From: Gemmata obscuriglobus
Lineage (GTDB): Bacteria > Planctomycetota > Planctomycetia > Gemmatales > Gemmataceae
DNA length: 32,000 bases
Assembly: GCF_008065095.1 (NCBI RefSeq)
Contig: NZ_CP042911.1
Coordinates: 4,500,001-4,532,000 of the forward strand
Direction: 5' to 3'
Below the pieces are notes generated by a model. That model did no database searches and was not told where the DNA came from. It saw only the letters and a list, made by a program, of their open reading frames with translations. Below, in pieces: positions 15,878 to 23,316 of the stretch. Position 1 is the stretch's first letter, and every line of letters begins with the position of its first letter. Made by a program: the position numbers and the translations under genes.

Positions 15878-17374
15878 TTACACCTCGGGTGCGAGATGCG
15901 CGTTCCGGAGCGCCCGGAGCCGGGCCAACAAGGGGCGCGGGCGCCCGGTCGCATCGAGCAGACCGCCGTGCGGGACGAGGTGCGGTTCCGCGTCGATCCA
16001 ATGATCCCACGTGACGCTTCGGACCTGCGGCCAACAGAGCGACAGGGCCGCGAACGACGCGCCCCACTCCGCCTGACCTTCCGGGGTTGGTACGGTCGAG
16101 GCCCACGCAGTCTGATGCTGGTCCGCCGCCCGCCGATCCGTTCCCTCGCACGCCGGGGCACTGAGGACCACCTCCAGAGGTAGCCCGAGCATCCCGAACA
16201 CGTCGAGCAAGCGCGCGGTGTCCAGCAGGTCGCGGGGCTGACCACCACGTGGCCGCACTCCGGGGCGAATCTCGAGTTCCACCCCGGACAGTCGCACACC
16301 AGCGCGGAGCAGGTCGTCGGGGAACGCGAGCGGCGAAATGGTTTGCGCCCCCCCCGCCCGATACTCGCCCCAAGGCTGGGCTACGCTGAGAACGAGTTCC
16401 AGCCCGGAGTCGACTTGAGCCGCGGCCTCAAACAGTCGGTACGCGAGCCGCAACCGGTCGTCGTCACTGAGCCCGAGCCCTTCACCCTGGTTAAAACCGG
16501 CACAGACGACCCAACGGCGAACATCACCTTTGTACCGGTTGAGCGCGGTTTCCAAAAAGTCACACATACACGCCGCGAGCGTGGGCAGGTCCGCGGCCCA
16601 CCCTGCGGCCCAGGGCGGCATCATGCCCGGCGCGAGATCGATGACCGGACCGAGGGTGACCGGTAGGCCCATGGCCTGCGCGCTGGCGATGGCGGAATCG
16701 GTTTCGGTCCAGTCGTACTGCGCCTCAGCGGCCTCAATGTCACGCCAGCGGAGCCCGACCGCAGCGGCGTTGAACGCGCGACCGTACTCGGCCGCCGCCG
16801 CCCGTTGCGGGGCGCACAGGTGCCGGGCGGCGAGGCGCGTGTCCAGACGCCCTTCGGCCTTCTCGCGCGTCGCGAGCATCTGGCGGGTGTAGTCCCGCGT
16901 CAGCCGATCCGCCAGCGAATGCGCGTGCTCCAACACGTGCGTGGAAAGTGAGTCGGACTCTTCGGGTGTCGGCGCGAGCAGGGCGCGGCCGAACTGCCGG
17001 CCGACCTCAACGACCCCACGATCGAATTCGGGAGTTGTATGGAGCCCGATGTCGTGCCACTCGGCGGCCTGCGTCCGCACCTGGTTCACTTTGCCGCGGG
17101 CCAGTTCGACGAGCAGCCGGTACGGCTCGGCCCGCTCCCGCAGGGTGCTGCTGATGATCGCCAGGGAGCCGAACGGGGCCACCGGCCAGGGCACGATGAG
17201 ATATCCGCTTTCGTCCTCGTCCCGCGAGAGCGTGAGGACCCCGTCGGCGATCGAAACGACTGTGGGGCCGGGTGTCCGGTCGTGAAAGCCGGCACCGGCG
17301 ACGCACGCCTCCCCGAGACCCGCCGCGGCGGCAGCCGATAGCGAACCCGGCAGCAAAAAGGACATGGAACCCAT
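15878..17374 (-). CDS. hypothetical protein with a GH10-like (clan GH-A TIM-barrel) C-terminal region and degenerate catalytic motifs
   Basis: 498-aa ORF with coding-like composition. By eye, aa 200-400 align to GH10 xylanases: LRWRDIEAAEAQYDWTETDS, PPW, NRYKGDVRRWVVCAGFNQ and SGVELEIR. The function call is low confidence; the existence of the CDS is fairly secure. Confidence 0.6.
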   Translation of the reverse strand: MGSMSFLLPGSLSAAAAAGLGEACVAGAGFHDRTPGPTVVSIADGVLTLSRDEDESGYLIVPWPVAPFGSLAIISSTLRERAEPYRLLVELARGKVNQVRTQAAEWHDIGLHTTPEFDRGVVEVGRQFGRALLAPTPEESDSLSTHVLEHAHSLADRLTRDYTRQMLATREKAEGRLDTRLAARHLCAPQRAAAAEYGRAFNAAAVGLRWRDIEAAEAQYDWTETDSAIASAQAMGLPVTLGPVIDLAPGMMPPWAAGWAADLPTLAACMCDFLETALNRYKGDVRRWVVCAGFNQGEGLGLSDDDRLRLAYRLFEAAAQVDSGLELVLSVAQPWGEYRAGGAQTISPLAFPDDLLRAGVRLSGVELEIRPGVRPRGGQPRDLLDTARLLDVFGMLGLPLEVVLSAPACEGTDRRAADQHQTAWASTVPTPEGQAEWGASFAALSLCWPQVRSVTWDHWIDAEPHLVPHGGLLDATGRPRPLLARLRALRNAHLAPEV

Positions 17375-17552
17375 GCGCGTACCGACCCGTCCCCAGATGC
17401 CGCGGCAAGCGCCCGCCTCGGGCCGGACGCGCGAACGCGGTACCGCGGCTCAACGGGCGCACTTCATTTATAGCCGCAAGGGCGGGCGAAAGGGAACTGC
17501 GTTCACGTGGGAGCAGCCGGAATATTCGTGTGCCCGCCCTCCCGATGTGAAC

Positions 17553-18449
17553 TCACTCGTTCACCGGCGCCACGAGGCTTGTGATCGTGATACCGTACTT
17601 TTCGGCCAGCGCGACGGTCGCCGCCTGATCAATGACAATGGTCCGGCCGGCTTCAATGGCGAGTGCCGTCGCACCGGCCCGGTGCATCGTTTCGATGGTC
17701 TGGGTGCCGACGGTAGGCACGTCGAACCGCTTGTCCTGCTCGGGTTTGGCGAGCTTGATGACCACAAACCCGCCGCGCGAACACAGTTCGCCGGCGCGGC
17801 GAATGGCCATGTCCGTGCCCTCGATCGCTTCGACAGCCAGTACGGCACGTTCCCGGATCATCACGCTCTGTCCGACATCGAGCCGGCCCATCTCGCGTGC
17901 GAGCTCCCAGCCGAACGCGATGTCGCGCTGCTCGCTCTTGGTCGGATGCCGCTTGGTGAGAACGCCTTCGGGCACGAGCAACTCCGGGCACAGGTCCAAA
18001 GCCGAGACGCACTCCAACCCTTCGGCCCGGAACTCGTCGATCAACCCGAGCAGGAGCGAGTCGTCGTTGTTCGCTTTGCGCCGGCGCAGGAACCAGAACC
18101 GGAGCATCTTCCAGTCCGGGATATAGTGGAGCCAGCGCCACGGCCGAAAGAGGATTTTCTTCTCGAACTTGCCGGCCATGGTCCAGCGCCGCGCGCCGCC
18201 GCGCCGGAAAGCGCGACACACGCTGCCGATGGACATGCGGTGGAGCCACACGAATTCGGTACACAAGTCCCGTAGAACGGGATCGGCAAGCCCGACCGCG
18301 CCGACACACACCACCGGGATGTTGCATTCGCGAGCTTTTTCCGCGAACACCACCGGGAACCTTCCGGCACACGCGAGCAAACCGACCGGCTCACGAGGGT
18401 CGAAAGGAGCAGCCAATCCGGCACCGAACGGAACGATCCCAGAGGTCAT
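17553..18449 (-). CDS. lpxI: UDP-2,3-diacylglucosamine diphosphatase LpxI (DUF1009)
   Basis: LpxI-typical N-terminus GLLACAGRFPVVFAEKA. C-domain motifs DVGQSVMIRERAVLAVEAIEGTDMAIRRAG and VVIKLAKPEQDKRFDVPTVGTQTIETM. Its start lies 1 nt downstream of the lpxD stop. Confidence 0.85.
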   Translation of the reverse strand: MTSGIVPFGAGLAAPFDPREPVGLLACAGRFPVVFAEKARECNIPVVCVGAVGLADPVLRDLCTEFVWLHRMSIGSVCRAFRRGGARRWTMAGKFEKKILFRPWRWLHYIPDWKMLRFWFLRRRKANNDDSLLLGLIDEFRAEGLECVSALDLCPELLVPEGVLTKRHPTKSEQRDIAFGWELAREMGRLDVGQSVMIRERAVLAVEAIEGTDMAIRRAGELCSRGGFVVIKLAKPEQDKRFDVPTVGTQTIETMHRAGATALAIEAGRTIVIDQAATVALAEKYGITITSLVAPVNE

Positions 18450-18450
18450 C

Positions 18451-19479
18451 TCAACCGGCCCCCTCTGCGGCGTCGAGACGCTTCTTGAGCTGCCTCAGCT
18501 CCTCACGCAGTTCGGGCAACCGCCGCAGGCTCGCGAACACCCGCGCCATTTCTTTCACGGGCATCGCTGGCGTGCCGAGGTAGTGCAGGTCGCCCGGCAG
18601 ATCCGCCGGTACACCCGCCTGCGCGCCCACCATGGCCCGATCGCCGATGGTCACGTGGTCCGCAATACCGGCCTGCCCCGCAAGGACCACATAATCGCCG
18701 GTGACGCACGACCCGGCGACCCCAGACTGGCTGCAATACAGGTTGTGCTTTCCGATCTGGCAGTTGTGGCCGACCATCACGAGGTTGTCGATCTTGGTGC
18801 CGGCCCCGATCCGCGTCGGCGCGAATGTACCACGGTCGACAGTCGAGTTCGCCCCGATCTCCACGTCGTCTTCGAGTTCGACCCAGCCGAGTTGTGGGAC
18901 CTTGTGGTGCTTCCCGTTCGCGGTGCGATACCCGAACCCATCCGCCCCGATCACCGCACCGGCGTGCAGAATGACCCGGTCGCCCAGCACACAGTCGTCG
19001 TAGAGCACAACGTGCGGATAGATGATGGCGTCGCGCCCGATCTTGCAAAACCGACCGATTATGGCGCCAGCGTGGACCGTGCAGTTCTCGCCCAGTTCGG
19101 TCCCTTCTCCGATCACGGCCAGCGGCCCGACCGAGACGCCGGGCGCGAGTTTCGCCGTCGGGTGAACGTGCGCCCCAGGCGAGATGTCGCGGGGCGTTTC
19201 ATCGGGTCGCGCCCGGAGGTGACGGACGATGTCTGCGAACGCCATCAGCGGGTCGGCGACCCGGATCACCGGGCGCCCGTTAACCGGCACGGACGCGGGC
19301 ACGACGGCGGCGGACGCCCGACTGTTGTGCCAGGCGTGCAGGTTCCTCTCGCTCTCGACGAACGTAATATCCCCGGGCTCGGCCTCGGACAATGTCCGGG
19401 CGTTCGTAATGGCCAGTTCGGGGTCGCCGAGAACTTCTCCTCGGACCCACTCGGCGAGCTGTCTGACGGTGACGTTCAC
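18451..19479 (-). CDS. lpxD: UDP-3-O-acylglucosamine N-acyltransferase
   Basis: N-terminal LpxD domain (LAEWVRGEVLGDPELAITNARTLSEAEPGDITFVES) followed by long left-handed beta-helix hexapeptide repeats and a C-terminal helical tail. GTG start. Confidence 0.9.
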   Translation of the reverse strand: MNVTVRQLAEWVRGEVLGDPELAITNARTLSEAEPGDITFVESERNLHAWHNSRASAAVVPASVPVNGRPVIRVADPLMAFADIVRHLRARPDETPRDISPGAHVHPTAKLAPGVSVGPLAVIGEGTELGENCTVHAGAIIGRFCKIGRDAIIYPHVVLYDDCVLGDRVILHAGAVIGADGFGYRTANGKHHKVPQLGWVELEDDVEIGANSTVDRGTFAPTRIGAGTKIDNLVMVGHNCQIGKHNLYCSQSGVAGSCVTGDYVVLAGQAGIADHVTIGDRAMVGAQAGVPADLPGDLHYLGTPAMPVKEMARVFASLRRLPELREELRQLKKRLDAAEGAG

Positions 19480-19641
19480 GGTGGGAATCCCTTCTTCCGG
19501 CTAGGCGAGGGGTGCAGCCGCCCGGAGTTCGCGGAAGTTAGCGAACCGGGACGGTCGGGACAAGCCCAACCGTCTGCGCGTCTCGGAACTGAGCTTGCCA
19601 CTCACTATCGACGCCCTGACCCGCCATGCGACAGACGGAAG

Positions 19642-19663
19642 CGATTTCCGGGGGGGGAAATCG
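19642..19663 (-). terminator. small GC hairpin containing a G8/C8 run, possible terminator of the upstream minus-strand string
   Basis: CGATTTCC (19642-19649) pairs with GGAAATCG (19656-19663) around a G6 loop. It is 27 nt downstream of the stop of the 124-aa CDS on the minus strand. No strong U-tract. Confidence 0.3.
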
Positions 19664-19689
19664 GCGCGGGGCGCGCCCGGGTGTACCGG

Positions 19690-20064
19690 TTATGCGGGAC
19701 GGATATCTGAGAGTTGTGCAAAGTCGGAGGCCGAAACTGCACCAGTCTCCACAACGACAACGCCCTCTCCCGCGGCAGCGCAAGCCCAGACGAACCGGCC
19801 CCACGAAGCAACGAGGGCGTCGTCCGCGTTCCCCCAAACGACGCAGGTCAGCGAATCGCCCATACGGCGGAGGGTAACCATTGCCCCACCGGCGGCGACG
19901 CGCAGCTCCTTCCAGTCGGGTTCGGGGGTTTCATCGGGAAACGCTGGCAGGCCGTCGATCATGCGGATCGTTCCCGGCTCACCGACTCGATGGAGTTGAG
20001 ATTTTACAGCGTCCCACACCGGAACTTGACCGGCGTGGAACCGAACGGTGCGATCCATACCCAT
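19690..20064 (-). CDS. hypothetical protein (124 aa), no recognisable family
   Basis: ATG start lies 13 nt after the stop of the upstream small exported protein. The third codon position is GC-biased, like the neighbouring genes. I recognise no motifs. Confidence 0.5.
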   Translation of the reverse strand: MGMDRTVRFHAGQVPVWDAVKSQLHRVGEPGTIRMIDGLPAFPDETPEPDWKELRVAAGGAMVTLRRMGDSLTCVVWGNADDALVASWGRFVWACAAAGEGVVVVETGAVSASDFAQLSDIRPA

Positions 20065-20076
20065 CGTGCAACCTGC

Positions 20077-20439
20077 TTATTTGTCCTTACCCGTCTGGAT
20101 GTCTTCGAGCCGCTTCTTTTGCTCGGGGGTCAAAAGGGCCTTAAGATCTTTGTCGCGCGCCGCCTTAATTTCCTTAATCTTCGATTCCAGCTTATCGATC
20201 TCGCTGTTGTATTTACCTTGAACCTTGTAAACATCTTGCACTTGAGAATCACTCAGTCCCAGCCGCTTCCAATTTGCCGGCAGGACGCCTTTTGCCTTCG
20301 CGGCCGGCTCGTCCGCTTTGTCGAGCTTCTTCGGGGCCTCGGTCTTCTTCTCGTCCTTCTTGGCGTCTTGTCCAATGAGTCCATTACCGGACAGAACAAC
20401 GAGCACAGTGAATAGGGCGAACAAACGGGCGCGAAGCAT
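20077..20439 (-). CDS. small exported Lys/Glu-rich protein with LTXXQ-type motifs (Spy/CpxP/ZraP-like)
   Basis: From ATG 20439: signal-like MLRARLFALFTVLVVLSGNGLIG, then a charged helical region with LSDSQVQDV and LLTPEQKKRLE (an LTXXQ motif and a degenerate copy). The ORF is open to GTG 20460. Confidence 0.7.
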   Translation of the reverse strand: MLRARLFALFTVLVVLSGNGLIGQDAKKDEKKTEAPKKLDKADEPAAKAKGVLPANWKRLGLSDSQVQDVYKVQGKYNSEIDKLESKIKEIKAARDKDLKALLTPEQKKRLEDIQTGKDK

Positions 20440-20562
20440 GTGTACCTCGGGCGGGAACACGGAACAGGTGATACAGCCGACGCAGCATCAATATGAAGAA
20501 GTCGAACCCCCGCACGCAAGTAAAAAGCGCACGCCAACTGGGAATTCAAACCAACTTCACAC

Positions 20563-22434
20563 TCATCCCCCGCACCCGGTCGGACCGCACGCCTCGCCCG
20601 CCCCGTCGGTGCCGCTCACGGCCTCGGCCATCACCCGAAGCTGGATGACGCTGCGCTCCTGCTCCTTTTCCAGGTACGCACGCCCCTTTTTCACGTTAAC
20701 GTGGTCCCACGGCAGCTTCTCGGTAACCTGCCGCTGCCGCGAGCGATAGAAGTCCACATCAATGCCGAGGTCGCGGAACGAACTCCACCATAGCTCCGGC
20801 TGGAAGCACTCCTTCCAGCCGTCGAATCGGGCGCCGCGCTTCCACGCCTCGTACAGCCCCATCGACACGCGCCGGTCGCCGCGGGTGAGGATGCCCTCAA
20901 GCAAGCTCGTTTCGATGTCGTGCTGTTTGATGCGCACGAACTTGTTCCGCTTGCGGCGGTGCATGTAATCGCCCGCCCGGATGAAGTAATCGCGGGCCTG
21001 CATCCCGTTCCACTGGTACGGCGTGTGCGGCTTCGGGATGAAGTTCGAAACGCTCGCGGTGACCTCCTTGTACCGACCGGTCGCCTGCTTGCCGACTTCG
21101 CTGATCGCCTCGGCCAGGTCCACGATCCCGTCCAGGTCCGCGGCGCGCTCACCGGGCAGGCCGCACAGGAAGTAGAGCTTCACGTGCGACATGCCCTCCT
21201 TGAACGCCTCACGGCAGCCTTCAATAAGGTCGTCGTTCTTGATGGGCTTGCGGATCTGGGTGCGCATGTCGTCACGGGCCACCTCGGGCGCCAGCGTCAT
21301 GCCCGCGCGCCGCCAGCCCTTCATGAGTTTCGGGACCGACCGGAGTTGGTGGTTCACGCGCAGGCTCGGCAGCGACACGTTCACGCCCAGCGGCGCGAAC
21401 ACCTCGTGCATCCGCTTCACCAGCTCTTCGAAGTGCGGGTAGTCGCTCGACGAAAGCGACAGTAGGCTGACCTCGTTCATCCCCGTGTTGCGGTAGCTCT
21501 CCAGCGCCGCCTGCACGATGGTCTCGACCGAGCGCACCCGGAGGGGCCGCTTGATGACGGTGGACTGGCAGAACCGGCACTGCCACGGGCACCCGCGCAT
21601 GATCTCGATCGCGATGCGGTCGTGCGGGGTCTGAACGAACGACACGACCGGCTTCGTCGGCAGCGGAATGTCGTCCAGGTCTTGCGCGATGGTGCAACTT
21701 TCGATCTGGACCGGCACATCCGAGCGGGTGCGGTTCACGGCGGCGATGGTGCCGTCGGCGTGGTAATCGAACTCGTAGAAGCACGGGGCGTAGGCCCACT
21801 TCGTGCTGCCCACGAGTTCCGCCAGCATGTCGAGCCGGCGCTTGTGCGAGAGGTCGCCCTCGCGGACCGCGACCTCTTTCAATGCCATCCACTTTTCCAT
21901 CACCCACGGCAACGATTCCTCGCCGTCGCCGATGACGAACAGGTCTACGAACGGGGCGAGCAGTTCCGGGTTCTGCGCGCCGGGACCGCCGGCGATCACG
22001 AGCGGGTCGCTCACGAACCGCTCGGTCGCGAAGTGCGGGATGCCGCCGAGGTCGATCATGTTTAGCAGGTTGGAGTAGCACACCTCGTACTGGAGGCTGA
22101 AACCGACCACGTCGAACCCGGACAGCGGGGTGAAGGTCTCCAGGCCGTAAAGGGGGAGCCGGTTGCGGCGCAGTTCGGCCTCGAAGTCCATCCACGGGGC
22201 GAACGCGCGCTCGCACGCCCACTGCGGATCATTGTTCATGATCGTGTAGAGCACCTGCAAACCGTGGTGGCTCATCCCGAGCGTATACGCGTCCGGGAAG
22301 CACAGGCACAGTTTGCCGCGTACCTGTCGGTGGTCCTTCGGCACCGAGTGGAGTTCGCCGCCGGTATACTGGGCCGGCGTCTTCACGCGCGGCAGCACCC
22401 GCATCACGGCATCGCGGAGGGCGGTGTTCGTCAT
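20563..22434 (-). CDS. B12-binding-domain radical SAM protein, TIGR03960-like
   Basis: Radical SAM cluster motif MRGCPWQCRFCQS (CxxxCxxC). The N-terminal region resembles a B12-binding domain (CLCFPDAYTLGMSHHGLQVLY, LVIAGGPGAQNPE). I prefer ATG 22434 (MTNTALRDAV); the ORF is open to 22509. Confidence 0.85.
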   Translation of the reverse strand: MTNTALRDAVMRVLPRVKTPAQYTGGELHSVPKDHRQVRGKLCLCFPDAYTLGMSHHGLQVLYTIMNNDPQWACERAFAPWMDFEAELRRNRLPLYGLETFTPLSGFDVVGFSLQYEVCYSNLLNMIDLGGIPHFATERFVSDPLVIAGGPGAQNPELLAPFVDLFVIGDGEESLPWVMEKWMALKEVAVREGDLSHKRRLDMLAELVGSTKWAYAPCFYEFDYHADGTIAAVNRTRSDVPVQIESCTIAQDLDDIPLPTKPVVSFVQTPHDRIAIEIMRGCPWQCRFCQSTVIKRPLRVRSVETIVQAALESYRNTGMNEVSLLSLSSSDYPHFEELVKRMHEVFAPLGVNVSLPSLRVNHQLRSVPKLMKGWRRAGMTLAPEVARDDMRTQIRKPIKNDDLIEGCREAFKEGMSHVKLYFLCGLPGERAADLDGIVDLAEAISEVGKQATGRYKEVTASVSNFIPKPHTPYQWNGMQARDYFIRAGDYMHRRKRNKFVRIKQHDIETSLLEGILTRGDRRVSMGLYEAWKRGARFDGWKECFQPELWWSSFRDLGIDVDFYRSRQRQVTEKLPWDHVNVKKGRAYLEKEQERSVIQLRVMAEAVSGTDGAGEACGPTGCGG

Positions 22435-22748
22435 GGCAACGTCTCTCGAACGGTCGTCGGCAGTGGGCCTTGCGATTATAGCAGCGAGGAGCACGAAAGC
22501 CCTGGACAACGCACGAGGCTTTCGGTTGTCGGGTGCCTAAACAAACGACGTGCTGTCCTTCCAGTCTGCGGCGGCCGAACCACTCTGCGGTGCAGAGCAA
22601 TCGGCCCGCGCGGCGACGAACGGCGTGAGCCCGGACGACGCAACATCGTGTTCGTGGGCGAAGGGCACCAAACTAAACCCGCTCCGGCTTGGCTCGGCAC
22701 CGCTACGCTAACGGGACACAGTCGCCGGTGCAACGAACGAGGAACGAG

Positions 22749-23297
22749 ATGGATCCGGAAGCCGCGATTGCCGCCACTCGGCGGTGGATTCAGAACGCCG
22801 TGATCGAGCTGAACTTGTGCCCGTTCGCGCGCCGGGTGTTCGACGGTGGACTGATCCGCTACGCGGTCACCGACGCGACGGATACAGCCGCCCTGACCGT
22901 GGCGCTGACGGAACAGCTCCGAGCACTCGCGGCCGCTCCCGCAGAAGAGGTCGAGACCGCGTTCCTCATCCACCCGAACGCACTCGCCGACTTTTTCGAT
23001 TACAACGACTTCGTCGCCGGAGCGGACGAGCTGATCGCCGAGTTGGGGCTCGAAGGGGTCATCCAGATCGCCAGCTTCCACCCACTTTATCAGTTCGCGG
23101 GTACCCGCCCCGACGACGTGGAAAACTATACGAACCGGTCGCCGTTCCCGATGCTGCACTTGCTGCGCGAGGAGAGCATCAGCCGCGTGAACGACGACCC
23201 CGAAAAGCTACTCGACATTCCGAAGCGCAACATCGAGACGCTTCGCAAGCTGGGGCGCACGAAGTTGCTCGCGCTCGTGAACCGCGGCCCTGGTTGA
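22749..23297 (+). CDS. DUF1415 family protein
   Basis: From ATG 22749 (GAGGAA lies upstream): IELNLCPFARRVF, IRYAVTDA, and IASFHPLYQFAGTRPDDVENYTNRSPFPMLHLLREESI. These match my recollection of the DUF1415 family. Confidence 0.7.
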   Translation: MDPEAAIAATRRWIQNAVIELNLCPFARRVFDGGLIRYAVTDATDTAALTVALTEQLRALAAAPAEEVETAFLIHPNALADFFDYNDFVAGADELIAELGLEGVIQIASFHPLYQFAGTRPDDVENYTNRSPFPMLHLLREESISRVNDDPEKLLDIPKRNIETLRKLGRTKLLALVNRGPG

Positions 23298-23316
23298 GGC
23301 GCGGTCGCTAGACGAG

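Noticed and set aside
17375-17552. AGGGCGGGC/GCCCGCCCT inverted repeat with a loop of about 45 nt, plus a TATAAAT-like element, between lpxI and the GH10-like gene
   Set aside because: The loop is too long for a confident terminator call. Planctomycete promoter consensus is poorly defined, so the -10-like hexamer alone is not evidence.
19714-20415. 233-aa plus-strand ORF spanning the 124-aa and LTXXQ genes
   Set aside because: It overlaps two minus-strand genes, one of which has a clear signal peptide and LTXXQ motifs. Its own translation has no motifs, and its leucine-rich C-terminus is simply the mirror of the Lys/Glu-rich gene.
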